Virus record (IMG/VR): IMGVR_UViG_3300023174_000144 | Location: 10,472 to 74,471 of that record | DNA from: a virus | Taxonomy: Duplodnaviria; Caudoviricetes | Direction: 5' to 3' (one strand) | Length of the DNA: 64,000 nucleotides | Part shown: positions 23,374-33,386 of the stretch, one piece after another | How the letters are laid out: the number at the start of each line of letters is the position of its first letter | How positions within the stretch are numbered: the first letter of the stretch is position 1 | Program-made: the position numbers and the translations under genes | Notes under the pieces: generated by a model | Database searches by the model: none | What the model saw: only the letters and a program-made list of their open reading frames with translations | What the model was told of the DNA's origin: nothing

Positions 23374-24831
23374 ATGTCTGATATTAAAGTAGACATTGTC
23401 CTTCCTGGTCAAGTTAATACTAATGTAGAATCTCCTAGCCAATCTGTTGCTGCAAATGTATCGATCCCTAGCGCAATTAATGTTGATATAATATCTCCGA
23501 CCCAAGCTCTTGCTACAAATATATCTATTCCTGGACCACAAGGACCAGCTGGAATTCAAGGTCCTAGTGGATCAATAGGTCCTAGTGGTGCTACTGGACC
23601 AAGTGGTGCTACTGGTCCATCTGGAGTCCAAGGGCCAAGCGGATTAATTGGTCCAAGTGGAGCAATAGGTCCAAGTGGTGCTACTGGTCCATCTGGAGTC
23701 CAAGGGCCAAGCGGATTAATTGGTCCAAGTGGAGCAATAGGTCCAAGTGGAGCTACTGGTCCATCTGGAGTCCAAGGGCCAAGCGGATTAATTGGTCCAA
23801 GTGGAGCAATAGGTCCAAGTGGAGCTACTGGTCCAAGTGGTCAAAAAGGTAATCCAACTACGATTAATAACTTATCTGAACAAAATATTATTATAACTGG
23901 AGCAGATGGTAATATAGTTACAACAAGTGGGCTTACAACAATTTATATTTCTGGTAATAGCGGATATTTCCAATCTGCAGTAAATTCTCTTAGTGGAACT
24001 GTTACTGGAAATTACGTTACAAAATCTAATGGACAATTTATCAATCGTCCTACTGTAAATGGTACTGGTGTTCTTTTAAGTGGTGAAGCAGCTAGGTTAC
24101 CAACTACAATTCTTTATACAACTGGAAATCAAATTAAAAGCGGTCGTTTAATAATTGGTGATGATGCAATTAGCATAGTAGATCCAAATTCTCAATATAC
24201 ACTAAGTCTTCAAACAAATAGCCCAAGAACTTGGTTAGAAATTTTAAATAATAGTGGCGCTAATAAAGGAGTATTTTTTGGAATAGAAGGTAATAATTTT
24301 GAACAATGGAATTATCAAGGTGGAGATATAGTATTTTTCACTGCAGAAAATGTTTCTGATGGAGTAGCAAGATTAACAATAAAAAATGATGGCAAAGTTG
24401 GCATAGGCACAAGCTCTCCATCTCAAAAACTAGAAGTAGTTGGAAATATAAAAGTTACTAATAGTGGATTCTTTAATAGTGGAATTCAAATCGGAACTGG
24501 ATCGGTATATATAGAACAACACAGAATAACAATTGATAGCGAACCTGTAATTACTAGACCTGGCCTTAATGCCATAAGTGGCTATTTTGAATCAGAAAAT
24601 ACCATAGGCTATAGCTATGTTATACCAGTTGGAAATGATAATTATTTTGTTACTTATCCATCTGTTTTAAATTCTGACCCTAGATCAATTAACTGCATAT
24701 TCCAAAACACTGTAGATAACATAATTTACTACTATTCTATTGGTAATATCAATAAAACTGGTTTTTATATCAATTTTAGTGACCAAATAAATAATACTGG
24801 ATATTCTTTAAATATTAATATCAAAAAATAA
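23374..24831 (+). CDS. collagen-like fibre protein
   Basis: About 35 Gly-X-Y triplets, RPTVNGTGVLLSGE module, GKVGIGTSSP repeat. Confidence 0.85.
   Translation: MSDIKVDIVLPGQVNTNVESPSQSVAANVSIPSAINVDIISPTQALATNISIPGPQGPAGIQGPSGSIGPSGATGPSGATGPSGVQGPSGLIGPSGAIGPSGATGPSGVQGPSGLIGPSGAIGPSGATGPSGVQGPSGLIGPSGAIGPSGATGPSGQKGNPTTINNLSEQNIIITGADGNIVTTSGLTTIYISGNSGYFQSAVNSLSGTVTGNYVTKSNGQFINRPTVNGTGVLLSGEAARLPTTILYTTGNQIKSGRLIIGDDAISIVDPNSQYTLSLQTNSPRTWLEILNNSGANKGVFFGIEGNNFEQWNYQGGDIVFFTAENVSDGVARLTIKNDGKVGIGTSSPSQKLEVVGNIKVTNSGFFNSGIQIGTGSVYIEQHRITIDSEPVITRPGLNAISGYFESENTIGYSYVIPVGNDNYFVTYPSVLNSDPRSINCIFQNTVDNIIYYYSIGNINKTGFYINFSDQINNTGYSLNINIKK
23605..23820 (+). repeat. 72-bp tandem repeat x3 encoding collagen
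   Basis: Near-identical units at 23605, 23677 and 23749 (GATGPSGVQGPSGLIGPSGAIGPS). Confidence 0.9.
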
Positions 24832-24867
24832 AAAAAATGTGTAATACTATAAAAGGTAAACAAAACT

Positions 24868-25506
24868 ATGATTAGCGCATTCAAACATATTCGTCTAAGT
24901 GGTCAAAACTTACTTCCAACATTTGATTCAACAAGTAATACTTTAAGACTTTCTCTTGGCAATACAGGATTAGCCTATTATCCAGAATTAACTGGTCTTA
25001 GTGGCTATTTAAGAGGTTTAATTCAAACAGCAGACGATGATGTAACGCGTATTAATGGTTTAAGTGGCGCAGTAACAATAACAGGCGGAGCAGGAGTATC
25101 GATAGGTATTAATTCAACAACTAATACAATCACAATTAGTGGTGCAGATAGTGGATATTTTCAAGGCTTAGTCGATACTTTAACTACAAATCTTGGTAAT
25201 ACTGGCTCTAATCTAAATATAAAAATAGATAATCTTAGTGGCTATGTTACAGGAACATTTGTTAGAAAATTAAATCAACAAGTATTTAATACTAATATTC
25301 CAGTTGGGATTGAAAGTACTGGAATATTGTTTCCATTAGCATTCTCTTCAACACCAAGCACAGTAAATGTGACTCTTGAAACTGCTGGCGATGTAATGTA
25401 TATGGTAGGAGTAAGAAACAGAAGTGCAACTGGATACTTTGCAGATTTCTCTGATATAGTTTTAGAGAATACTGTTAAACTCAATACATTTGCTAGTAAT
25501 CAATAA
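24868..25506 (+). CDS. fibre-associated protein
   Basis: Shares INGLSG..TITG and NLGNTGSNL..KIDNLSGYV modules with the flanking fibres. Confidence 0.75.
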   Translation: MISAFKHIRLSGQNLLPTFDSTSNTLRLSLGNTGLAYYPELTGLSGYLRGLIQTADDDVTRINGLSGAVTITGGAGVSIGINSTTNTITISGADSGYFQGLVDTLTTNLGNTGSNLNIKIDNLSGYVTGTFVRKLNQQVFNTNIPVGIESTGILFPLAFSSTPSTVNVTLETAGDVMYMVGVRNRSATGYFADFSDIVLENTVKLNTFASNQ

Positions 25507-25599
25507 TTAATTTGTGTAATCTACATTGATTTTACATATAATGTGTAAAGTCTAGTCTATCGAAAGATAGCAGATTGGGTAAAACCAACAAAAAAGATT

Positions 25600-28395
25600 A
25601 TGGCAAATATATTTAGAGCTAAAAGTTTAATATCTCGCACAGGAGTTTTCTCTAACGAAGTTCTTTCTCCAAATTTAATTTATAATACTGGCGATCAAAC
25701 TATTTCTGGAGTTAAAACATTTGCATCCAGACCAAATGTAAATGGCACAGGAGTTTTATTAAGTGGAGAAGCTGCAAGTCTTCCAACAACAATCGTTTAT
25801 ACAACTGGAAATCAAAATATTTCTGGAATTAAAACATTCATAAACAATCTTGAAGTTCAAGGAACTGGGATCTTCAATGCTTTAGACTTAAGTAATATTA
25901 GTGACTTTAATTTTTCTGGAACAAATATTAATTTAATAAGTGGAAATGTCAATATCTCTGGTCAAATTTATATTTCTGGTAACCCAGTATTAACTGGAGT
26001 AGATTTAAGCTCTTACGCAACAACATCTAATCTAGCATCAACTGGTTCTACTTTAAATTCTAATATAATTTCCTTAAGTGGATTGTTCACGGGTTATACT
26101 GGAACTTTAGATAACACTTATGCAACTGATACTCAACTTGCTAACACTGGCTCAACTTTAGATAATAAGATAAATTCACTTAGCGGAGTTTCAGTATTGA
26201 CATTTGGTGAGCAAAATATATCTGGAAATAAAACATTCATAAATAACATCAATGTATCTGGAAGTGGAGTTTTTAATGCTCTTGATTTAAATAATATTGA
26301 TGTATTAAGTTTATCTGGAGTAGACATAAGTATAACCAGTGGGAATATTGTTCTAACAAATCGCCCAACAGTTAATGGTACAGGAGTTGTTTTAAGTGGA
26401 GAGCTTAACAGTACTGGAATTTTATTAAGTAATAGAATAAACTCTTTGAGTGGCTATATAAACTCAACATCTAGCAATATCGTTTTTATAACAGGAAACC
26501 AAACCATTTCTGGGGTTAAAACTTTTGTAGAAAATGCAACATTTGGTGATACTGGTCAAGGAGACTTTTTAGTTATTTCTGGTAATAATTTCACAGTCTA
26601 TGGAAGTGGTAACTTTATTAGTGGACTTTTTGTAAATGGGAACGCAGTGCTAACTGGAATTAATTTAAGTTCATATGCAACGGTAACTAATCTTGCTTCA
26701 ACTGGCTCAACTCTTGATACGAAAATCAACAATTTGAGTGGATACGTTACTGGAGCACATGCAACGTTTGCTTCTATTACGAATTTAGGTAATACTGGTT
26801 CGAATCTTGATACGAAAATCAACAATTTGAGTGGCTATATTAATTCCTCAAATAGTAATATCGTATTTACAACTGGAGATCAAACTATAGATGGAACAAA
26901 AACTTTTTCTTCAAATTCATATTTTACAAATGATATTAATATCGCTCAAAATTTAAGAGTTACTGGTTCATCTTTTTTCAGTAATAATTTGAGCGTAACA
27001 GGTAATTTAAATGTTAGCGGGAATATAAATAATTCGACCTTAGTTTTAACAAAAGGGAAACAAACAATCAGTGGAGAAAAAACTTTTGTAGATAACATGT
27101 CTCTTAATGCTTTTACTGGAAATGGATATGATACTTCAAATCTTGATTTTCGTTTAAATATTGGAGGAAACACAGGGGAAAATGTAGGAATTCAAATCGA
27201 TGCTTACGGAATTAATCCACCTCAAATATTAATGAGAAGAGCTCGCGGACTTCCAACTAATCTCTCTGGAGTATTAAAAAATGATGTTTTATTTAATTTG
27301 CAAGCAAGAGGTTATGTTTCTGGATTAAACGATTACTCTACAAATAGCAGAGCAGCAATAAGATTAATTGCAGCAGAAGATTGGGTAGGAAGACCAAATT
27401 ACACTGGGCAAGGAACAAATATTTTATTTAGAACGACAAATATTGGCACTGGTTTAGCAATGGATAAAGTAATTATTAATACTAGTGGATTAAATGTATT
27501 AGATGGTAATATTTATATTAGCGGAAATCAAGTATTGACAGGCGTAGACCTTTCGAATTACTATACAAAAAATAATCCTAGCGGATTTATTACGGGCGTA
27601 GACCTTAGCTCTTATTTAACCTCTACAAACGCATCAAATACTTACGTTACAAAATCTAATGGTCAATTTACTAATCGTCCTACTGTAAATGGAACAGGAG
27701 TTCTTCTTAGCGGAGAAGCAGCAAGTTTACCTGACACAATTGTTTATACTACAGGTAATCAAATTATCAGCGGAAATAAAACTTTCATCAACAATATTCA
27801 AGTCTCAGGTACTGGAATTTTCAATAATTTTAATTTAAATGAAATTGATATTCTCAATTTATCTGGCATATCTGTTAATATAACAGGTAGTGTTTCTTTA
27901 AATACAAGGCCAACTGTAAATGGATCTGGTGTTCTTTTAATTGGAGAGGCTGCTTCATCAGTTATATCTTCAAATAATTTCTTTGTATTATCATTTGATC
28001 ATACTAGTGACCAACCTACATCTGGTGGAGGCCATAATTATTTTGCAGCAGGTAATTTAGGATTTAATTCTGCTGGCGCTAATAGAAGATATATTCAAGT
28101 ACTAGAAACTGGCACAGCAAGAAAAGCTACTTGGCAACATATAGCAGGAACTTCACTACCTTCACCAGCTTTAAATTCTACTGGATATTTTATTAATGTT
28201 ACAACAAATACTCTAGGAGTAATTAGCACTTCTATTTTAAGCAATAATACAAATATTCCCAATAATTTTAGTGGACTAATTAATCCTCCAGTTCCATTAA
28301 ATATGGGTGATTATGTTGTATGCTCTTTATATACCCCTGTATTTACTATAAATCCATCAGGACTTAGAGATACTGTTAGAGTATATTGCTATTAA
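25600..28395 (+). CDS. long repetitive fibre protein
   Basis: Repeats of TTGDQTISG.KTF, RPTVNGTGVLLSGE and LASTGSTL..KIN.LSG. Confidence 0.85.
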   Translation: MANIFRAKSLISRTGVFSNEVLSPNLIYNTGDQTISGVKTFASRPNVNGTGVLLSGEAASLPTTIVYTTGNQNISGIKTFINNLEVQGTGIFNALDLSNISDFNFSGTNINLISGNVNISGQIYISGNPVLTGVDLSSYATTSNLASTGSTLNSNIISLSGLFTGYTGTLDNTYATDTQLANTGSTLDNKINSLSGVSVLTFGEQNISGNKTFINNINVSGSGVFNALDLNNIDVLSLSGVDISITSGNIVLTNRPTVNGTGVVLSGELNSTGILLSNRINSLSGYINSTSSNIVFITGNQTISGVKTFVENATFGDTGQGDFLVISGNNFTVYGSGNFISGLFVNGNAVLTGINLSSYATVTNLASTGSTLDTKINNLSGYVTGAHATFASITNLGNTGSNLDTKINNLSGYINSSNSNIVFTTGDQTIDGTKTFSSNSYFTNDINIAQNLRVTGSSFFSNNLSVTGNLNVSGNINNSTLVLTKGKQTISGEKTFVDNMSLNAFTGNGYDTSNLDFRLNIGGNTGENVGIQIDAYGINPPQILMRRARGLPTNLSGVLKNDVLFNLQARGYVSGLNDYSTNSRAAIRLIAAEDWVGRPNYTGQGTNILFRTTNIGTGLAMDKVIINTSGLNVLDGNIYISGNQVLTGVDLSNYYTKNNPSGFITGVDLSSYLTSTNASNTYVTKSNGQFTNRPTVNGTGVLLSGEAASLPDTIVYTTGNQIISGNKTFINNIQVSGTGIFNNFNLNEIDILNLSGISVNITGSVSLNTRPTVNGSGVLLIGEAASSVISSNNFFVLSFDHTSDQPTSGGGHNYFAAGNLGFNSAGANRRYIQVLETGTARKATWQHIAGTSLPSPALNSTGYFINVTTNTLGVISTSILSNNTNIPNNFSGLINPPVPLNMGDYVVCSLYTPVFTINPSGLRDTVRVYCY

Positions 28396-28417
28396 TTTAA
28401 AGTGTAATATTTATTAT

Positions 28418-28930
28418 ATGAACATTAAAGTTGTAGACGTAGCTACTGAATTATACGATGAACTAGGTGAACCAGTTGATATTAGTGTGCCTTCTATAGC
28501 TTATTGGCTTAGAAGCAATATTGGTGATCTTAATATCATGATAAATAAAAAATTTTATATAGACCAAACAACTCTAGAAATTACTTCTGAAGATACTGAT
28601 TTATTTGGAAATGTAGAAAAAAGCATATTTAAAATGATATACAGCATTCATTACTATGAAAGATTATTTCGTAATGCCTTATATGCTGCAACTCAAGACA
28701 GCGTTATTAGCATAAGTGATGAAGGTAGCTCTGTAACCAAGATTAATAAAAATGAATTAGCTAAAAATTATGCATCATTAAGAAAACAAATTAATGATGA
28801 GTTAAATGTTTTAACTAAGAATTATAACCTTAATGAAGCCAAACCTCTTCAAGTTGCTGGGGATGATACTATTCCTGGATTTTCTAACGAAGGAAATCAA
28901 TCAGCTAATATATATCATAGGTCAATCTAA
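28418..28930 (+). CDS. head-tail adaptor-like protein
   Basis: Helical, first gene of the neck cluster; assigned by synteny. Confidence 0.55.
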   Translation: MNIKVVDVATELYDELGEPVDISVPSIAYWLRSNIGDLNIMINKKFYIDQTTLEITSEDTDLFGNVEKSIFKMIYSIHYYERLFRNALYAATQDSVISISDEGSSVTKINKNELAKNYASLRKQINDELNVLTKNYNLNEAKPLQVAGDDTIPGFSNEGNQSANIYHRSI

Positions 28931-29373
28931 TGGCAAGCTTATTATCAGAGATCGAAATAGCAAATGCTACTGGAGTTTTAGGAGATCTTTTTGATACCTT
29001 TTCAAGAGAAATTTTAGTTTACAAAGAGCCTAAAAAAATAATAAATCAACTTTCCACAAATTCGCTTCCTGGATATGGCGAAGCAGCAATGAAAACAAAT
29101 ATCACTTATATTCCTGTAAGCGGAGCTTTTCAAGCTAAAGTTAAATATAATCCAAAACAAGATCTTGAATTATTGCCAGAATTAAAAAGCAGAGTCAGCA
29201 AAGGAATAGTCAAAATTAAAGTAGAACAAGAAGCTAAGGATTTTATTACCAGCAATGGAAAAACAGAAAAAATTATGATTGATGGCAAGCCTTATAATAT
29301 CATAACAGATTATACTCTTAAAAAATTTATCTCCTTAGATTATTTTGTTTTCTTCTTAGAAGCAGCAGCATAA
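28930..29373 (+). CDS. head-closure-like protein
   Basis: Synteny; beta-rich C-terminus KIMIDGKPYNII. Confidence 0.55.
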   Translation: MASLLSEIEIANATGVLGDLFDTFSREILVYKEPKKIINQLSTNSLPGYGEAAMKTNITYIPVSGAFQAKVKYNPKQDLELLPELKSRVSKGIVKIKVEQEAKDFITSNGKTEKIMIDGKPYNIITDYTLKKFISLDYFVFFLEAAA

Positions 29374-29990
29374 TGAAAGTTAAATTAAATCAAAATAAAA
29401 TTGCAGAAGCTATTTCAAAAAATTCAAAAATGGCAAGCTTGATTCGTAAAGAAGTTCGTGCAATAGTAGAAGAGTATGTTGAAAAAAGTCAAGATGAAAT
29501 GGTTAGTGAATTTTTGAATCATCCAGTTACAAAAGAAATTGATAATGGTCCAGAAGCATCAAATATTTCTAGTACTTTAGGCGGACAAGGAAATCTTTTT
29601 AGCTATATTGGATTTGAAGAAGGCTCAGAGCCAACGGAATCTGTTAAAGAAATACTAGAAAATTCAGTTAAAGTAAGTACTAGACCAGAGATATCTGTAA
29701 ATGGTAAAAATATAAAAATTAATTTTCCAGTATCTGGGCCAACTATTTCAGAAATTGAATCTGAAACTCCAATGCCATTTGAAGGTGGAAAAAGTTGGGT
29801 TAGCGGAGTTGAAAAAGGAATTTCTGGATTCAGTTATTATGTATTTAGAAAGTTCATTAAAAATAGTAGATCATCTACTGGAATTCAAGCTGAACCACAA
29901 GTTAGAACTGGTAGCTTTAAACCTTCACCTTACTTGTCTGTAATATTAAAGAAGTTCTATTCAAAAATTAATGCTAAATTTAACATATGA
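29373..29990 (+). CDS. neck/tail-completion protein
   Basis: Synteny; basic C-terminus typical of HK97 gp10-position genes. Confidence 0.5.
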   Translation: MKVKLNQNKIAEAISKNSKMASLIRKEVRAIVEEYVEKSQDEMVSEFLNHPVTKEIDNGPEASNISSTLGGQGNLFSYIGFEEGSEPTESVKEILENSVKVSTRPEISVNGKNIKINFPVSGPTISEIESETPMPFEGGKSWVSGVEKGISGFSYYVFRKFIKNSRSSTGIQAEPQVRTGSFKPSPYLSVILKKFYSKINAKFNI

Positions 29991-30841
29991 AACCACAATT
30001 TGAAAACATTTTAATGAGTAGCATGGTTCTTTGGTTTGATCATACATTAATCAAAAAGGGTGAAGCTTTTAGTAATTATAATAGTGAATTTTATCCTATT
30101 ACAAATATATATAATGGCTACTATACTTATGGCGCACCTTTTAAAAATTTAATAAGAGATGAATCTATAACTGGAGTTAATATTATTAGTGGAGTTTATT
30201 TAAATAATAATTTTATTAGAACTGGTCAAAGTGGTTTAGTAGCAATTAACGCAGATCAAGGACAACTCTATTTTAATTCAGGACTAAATAATCCAACTAT
30301 TAGTGGGAATTATGCTGTGAAAGATTACGGAATATATCTTACTAATGAAAACGAAGAAAAGATATTATTTGAAACAAAATTTAATTTAAATCCAAAAACA
30401 ACAGAGAATCCAACTGGATTACCAATTAATGCTCAAAGTTATCCAGCAATATATTTAAAGAATAATGGTGGCAATAATACTCCTCTAGCTTTTGGTGGCT
30501 TAGATAGTAGCAATATTAATGTAAGAGCTATTGTAATATCTGATTCTATATTTAGCATGGACGCTGTAAGTAGCATATTCAAGGATACAGCTAGGACTTA
30601 TATTCCAATAATCCAACCCTCTGAAATGCCATTTAATAGTTTAAATGGACTAAAATCTCGTTATAATTATGATTTATTAACTACTGGTAGAGCAGGAACA
30701 GCTAATAGTGTTTATATTAAAAACGTATATATTAGCAAAAATGTTGCAAATAGAACTCAATATCAGGACCTAAATCCAGATGCTATTTCAGCTTTTGTAG
30801 ACTTTGAATTAGAAGTTTATAGATATCCAAGAAGCTCATAA
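29987..30841 (+). CDS. tail terminator-like protein
   Basis: Immediately upstream of the tail tube; YPAIYL motif. Confidence 0.55.
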   Translation: MKPQFENILMSSMVLWFDHTLIKKGEAFSNYNSEFYPITNIYNGYYTYGAPFKNLIRDESITGVNIISGVYLNNNFIRTGQSGLVAINADQGQLYFNSGLNNPTISGNYAVKDYGIYLTNENEEKILFETKFNLNPKTTENPTGLPINAQSYPAIYLKNNGGNNTPLAFGGLDSSNINVRAIVISDSIFSMDAVSSIFKDTARTYIPIIQPSEMPFNSLNGLKSRYNYDLLTTGRAGTANSVYIKNVYISKNVANRTQYQDLNPDAISAFVDFELEVYRYPRSS

Positions 30842-30901
30842 AAAAAATCAGAAAACTAATAAATTTGAGTGTAATAACAGATAATATAGGAGAATTTTAA
30901 T

Positions 30902-31993
30902 ATGGCAAGAAATAGAATTATTTATCAATCAGAAGCTCTTTACGCAGGACCAAGTCCAGCAACAGGAGATCACTTTTCAGCTGGAAATAGCGGAACCAAT
31001 TTAGTTAATCAATTGCACAGAGTTCAAAGTGCAAATTACAGCTTTAACATCGCTCGTCAAGATGTTAATCAATTCGGTGAACTTGGAGCTATTGATCGCG
31101 TAATTCTAGAATCTCCTACAGTTTCTCTTGATTTCAGCTATATTTTAAATAGTTTTGGTAATGAAGAATCTTTAGGTTTTGGTCCTCTAGACAGCACTGA
31201 TGTAACATGTATTTCTGGAATTCTTAACAAAACAGCAGATGAAAGAAATTACTTCATTCGTACAGTAGCAGAAGGAAGTGATGCACTTTCAATCGGAACT
31301 GGTGCAGCTAATCAAAACGTTATCGCTATTGGAAACGGATTTATTACTTCATATTCTACAGAAGCTTCTGTTGGTAATTTCCCAACAGCTACTATTAATG
31401 TTGAAGGCTTAAACATGCAATTTGATGCTGGAGTAACTGGAAATTATATTCCAGCTGTTACCGCAACTAATGGTGCAAAAATTACAAGTAAAAAATATGC
31501 ACTACCTACAGCAACAAGCTCTATCGCTCAAAATTCAGTAAGTGCTTTGCGCCCAGGAGATATTAATCTTACAATAGATCAACCATCTGGCGGAGCTACA
31601 ATCTCTGATGCAAAAATTCAAAGTTATACTCTTAGTTTTGATCTAGCTCGTACTCCACTACAAAAACTTGGAAGTAAATTTGCTTTCGCAAGAGAAATCA
31701 ACTTCCCAGTTACAGTTAACATGCAAATCCAAGCAGAACTTGGTGAGCTAACAACTGGTAGTCTAGCTGATATTATCACTGCAGATAGAACCTACGATCT
31801 ACAAGTCACTCTAAAACATCCAACAAGTGGCACAGATCAAATGATCTACAAGCTAGAAGGAGCAAAACTAGATAGTCAAGAGTTTTCAAGCTCCATCGGT
31901 GCTAATAAAGCAGTAACATTAAGCTTCTCAACACAAATCAATGGTCCAAGCGTAACAGATCGCGGATTATTCATGAGTGGATTAAAAGACTAA
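30902..31993 (+). CDS. major tail tube protein (internally duplicated)
   Basis: SD GGAG, terminator downstream, two tube-like halves (VQSANYSFNIARQDVNQFG / IQSYTLSFDLARTPLQKLG). Confidence 0.8.
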   Translation: MARNRIIYQSEALYAGPSPATGDHFSAGNSGTNLVNQLHRVQSANYSFNIARQDVNQFGELGAIDRVILESPTVSLDFSYILNSFGNEESLGFGPLDSTDVTCISGILNKTADERNYFIRTVAEGSDALSIGTGAANQNVIAIGNGFITSYSTEASVGNFPTATINVEGLNMQFDAGVTGNYIPAVTATNGAKITSKKYALPTATSSIAQNSVSALRPGDINLTIDQPSGGATISDAKIQSYTLSFDLARTPLQKLGSKFAFAREINFPVTVNMQIQAELGELTTGSLADIITADRTYDLQVTLKHPTSGTDQMIYKLEGAKLDSQEFSSSIGANKAVTLSFSTQINGPSVTDRGLFMSGLKD

Positions 31994-32016
31994 TATACAG
32001 AATAGTTAAAGATATA

Positions 32017-32056
32017 AAGTACCCCGCTAAGTTTAATCTTGGCGGGGTATTTTTTT
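32017..32056 (+). terminator. Rho-independent terminator after the tail tube gene
   Basis: TACCCCGCTAAG-tttaat-CTTGGCGGGGTA followed by a T run. Confidence 0.85.
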
Positions 32057-32096
32057 GGTGTAATATATAGTAAGGTAAAAGGTCAAAGGTAAATCT

Positions 32097-32327
32097 ATGG
32101 AAAAAGGCGATCCTATTAAGGAATATGTTGTATTTCAACTTCGTAGAAAAATAACTAATCTATACAAACAGTTTTTATTTATTCTTGAAGATGCTCATAC
32201 TTCAAAGTATAATACTAGTGATGAAACATATCAAAAATATCGCAAAAGAGTACTTGATTATGGTAACGATACTATAAGAGAGATTGAAGATGATATATCT
32301 AAATTAGATTTCAATTTAAAAAAATGA
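32097..32327 (+). CDS. hypothetical protein
   Basis: 76-aa ORF after GTGTAA at 32058. Confidence 0.7.
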   Translation: MEKGDPIKEYVVFQLRRKITNLYKQFLFILEDAHTSKYNTSDETYQKYRKRVLDYGNDTIREIEDDISKLDFNLKK

Positions 32328-32599
32328 AAAAGATCCGCTTCAAATATTCTGAAGAAGACATTATTAAAGGTAATTTAGGACTGCAAACAATCCAAAGATC
32401 TTTAAGAAGTTATGGTATTTTAAATCCTACTTTTGAAGTAGTAACAAGTCAAAATTTCTTAAAAAATGTATATGACAATTGGAATGAAGAAAAACGTAAA
32501 GGCTTCATTAATCTACTAGGAGGTAGAGTTCAATTTAAGAAAATTAAAAATTATATAGAATCAATCGAAAGGAAAAAGGCATATGAAAAAACTATTTGA
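32324..32599 (+). CDS. hypothetical protein
   Basis: ATGA overlap with the upstream gene. Confidence 0.7.
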   Translation: MKKIRFKYSEEDIIKGNLGLQTIQRSLRSYGILNPTFEVVTSQNFLKNVYDNWNEEKRKGFINLLGGRVQFKKIKNYIESIERKKAYEKTI

Positions 32600-33383
32600 A
32601 TTTAATGTACCAAAAAATGTAGAGGTAGAAGAGATCGAAATCTCTAAGAATGAAAAAGGAGAAGAAGTAAAAACTACTAAAAAGACTAATAAAAAAGAAT
32701 TAGTTAAAGTTTTTCTCCGCAAGCCAACTCGTTCTTTATTTGATGAAGCTGAACTATTCTATGGAGTTAGATTATCAGAGGGCATCAAAGCTGGTCTTTT
32801 AACAAGAGCTTTACTATCTAAAAGATTCACAAATGATGGTGGAGTTTTAAGCGAAGAAGAAAAGAATGTTTATGCCACGCTTTATGTTGCGCTTTTTGAA
32901 AAACAAAATGAATTTCAAAAACTTAGCATTAAAGATGAATCAGAAAGAACAGATGCCGAAAAAGCAAGATATCAACAAGTTATTGTTGAATTAACAGAAC
33001 TTAGAACACAAATTCAAAATTTTGAAACGGCTCAAGCTAGTCTTTTTGATCAAACCGCAGAAAATAGAGCTAGAAATAAAACTATTCTTTGGTGGGTATT
33101 ACAACTTTCTTATATTATAGATGACAAAGGAAATGAAATTCCATTCTTTGGTCATGGAGAATTTGAAAGTAAATTAAGTATTTACGATAACATGGAAGAA
33201 AATGGTAGTGAATTTGAGAGTTTAGTTTGTCGTAAATTAGCTTATTTTGTAAGCTTCTGGTATGTTGGTCGTGCAGCTTCTCAAGAAGAGTTCGAAAGAC
33301 TTGCAGCTTTGTCTGTTGATGATTCAGCAGTTGAACAAGCTGTTACTGAAAACAAAGAAGAAGCCAAAAAATCAGATTCATGA
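32583..33383 (+). CDS. tail assembly chaperone (G-like)
   Basis: Lies between tube and tape measure; acidic and helical. Confidence 0.6.
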   Translation: MKKLFEFNVPKNVEVEEIEISKNEKGEEVKTTKKTNKKELVKVFLRKPTRSLFDEAELFYGVRLSEGIKAGLLTRALLSKRFTNDGGVLSEEEKNVYATLYVALFEKQNEFQKLSIKDESERTDAEKARYQQVIVELTELRTQIQNFETAQASLFDQTAENRARNKTILWWVLQLSYIIDDKGNEIPFFGHGEFESKLSIYDNMEENGSEFESLVCRKLAYFVSFWYVGRAASQEEFERLAALSVDDSAVEQAVTENKEEAKKSDS

Positions 33384-33386
33384 TGA

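Noticed and set aside
25545-25599. c-di-GMP-I riboswitch
   Set aside because: A GAAA-capped hairpin is present but the conserved GACGCAAA junction and second long stem are not.
24010-27765. Fibre repeats as a DGR template/variable pair
   Set aside because: Differences are mostly synonymous third-position changes, not adenine-specific, and no reverse transcriptase is present.
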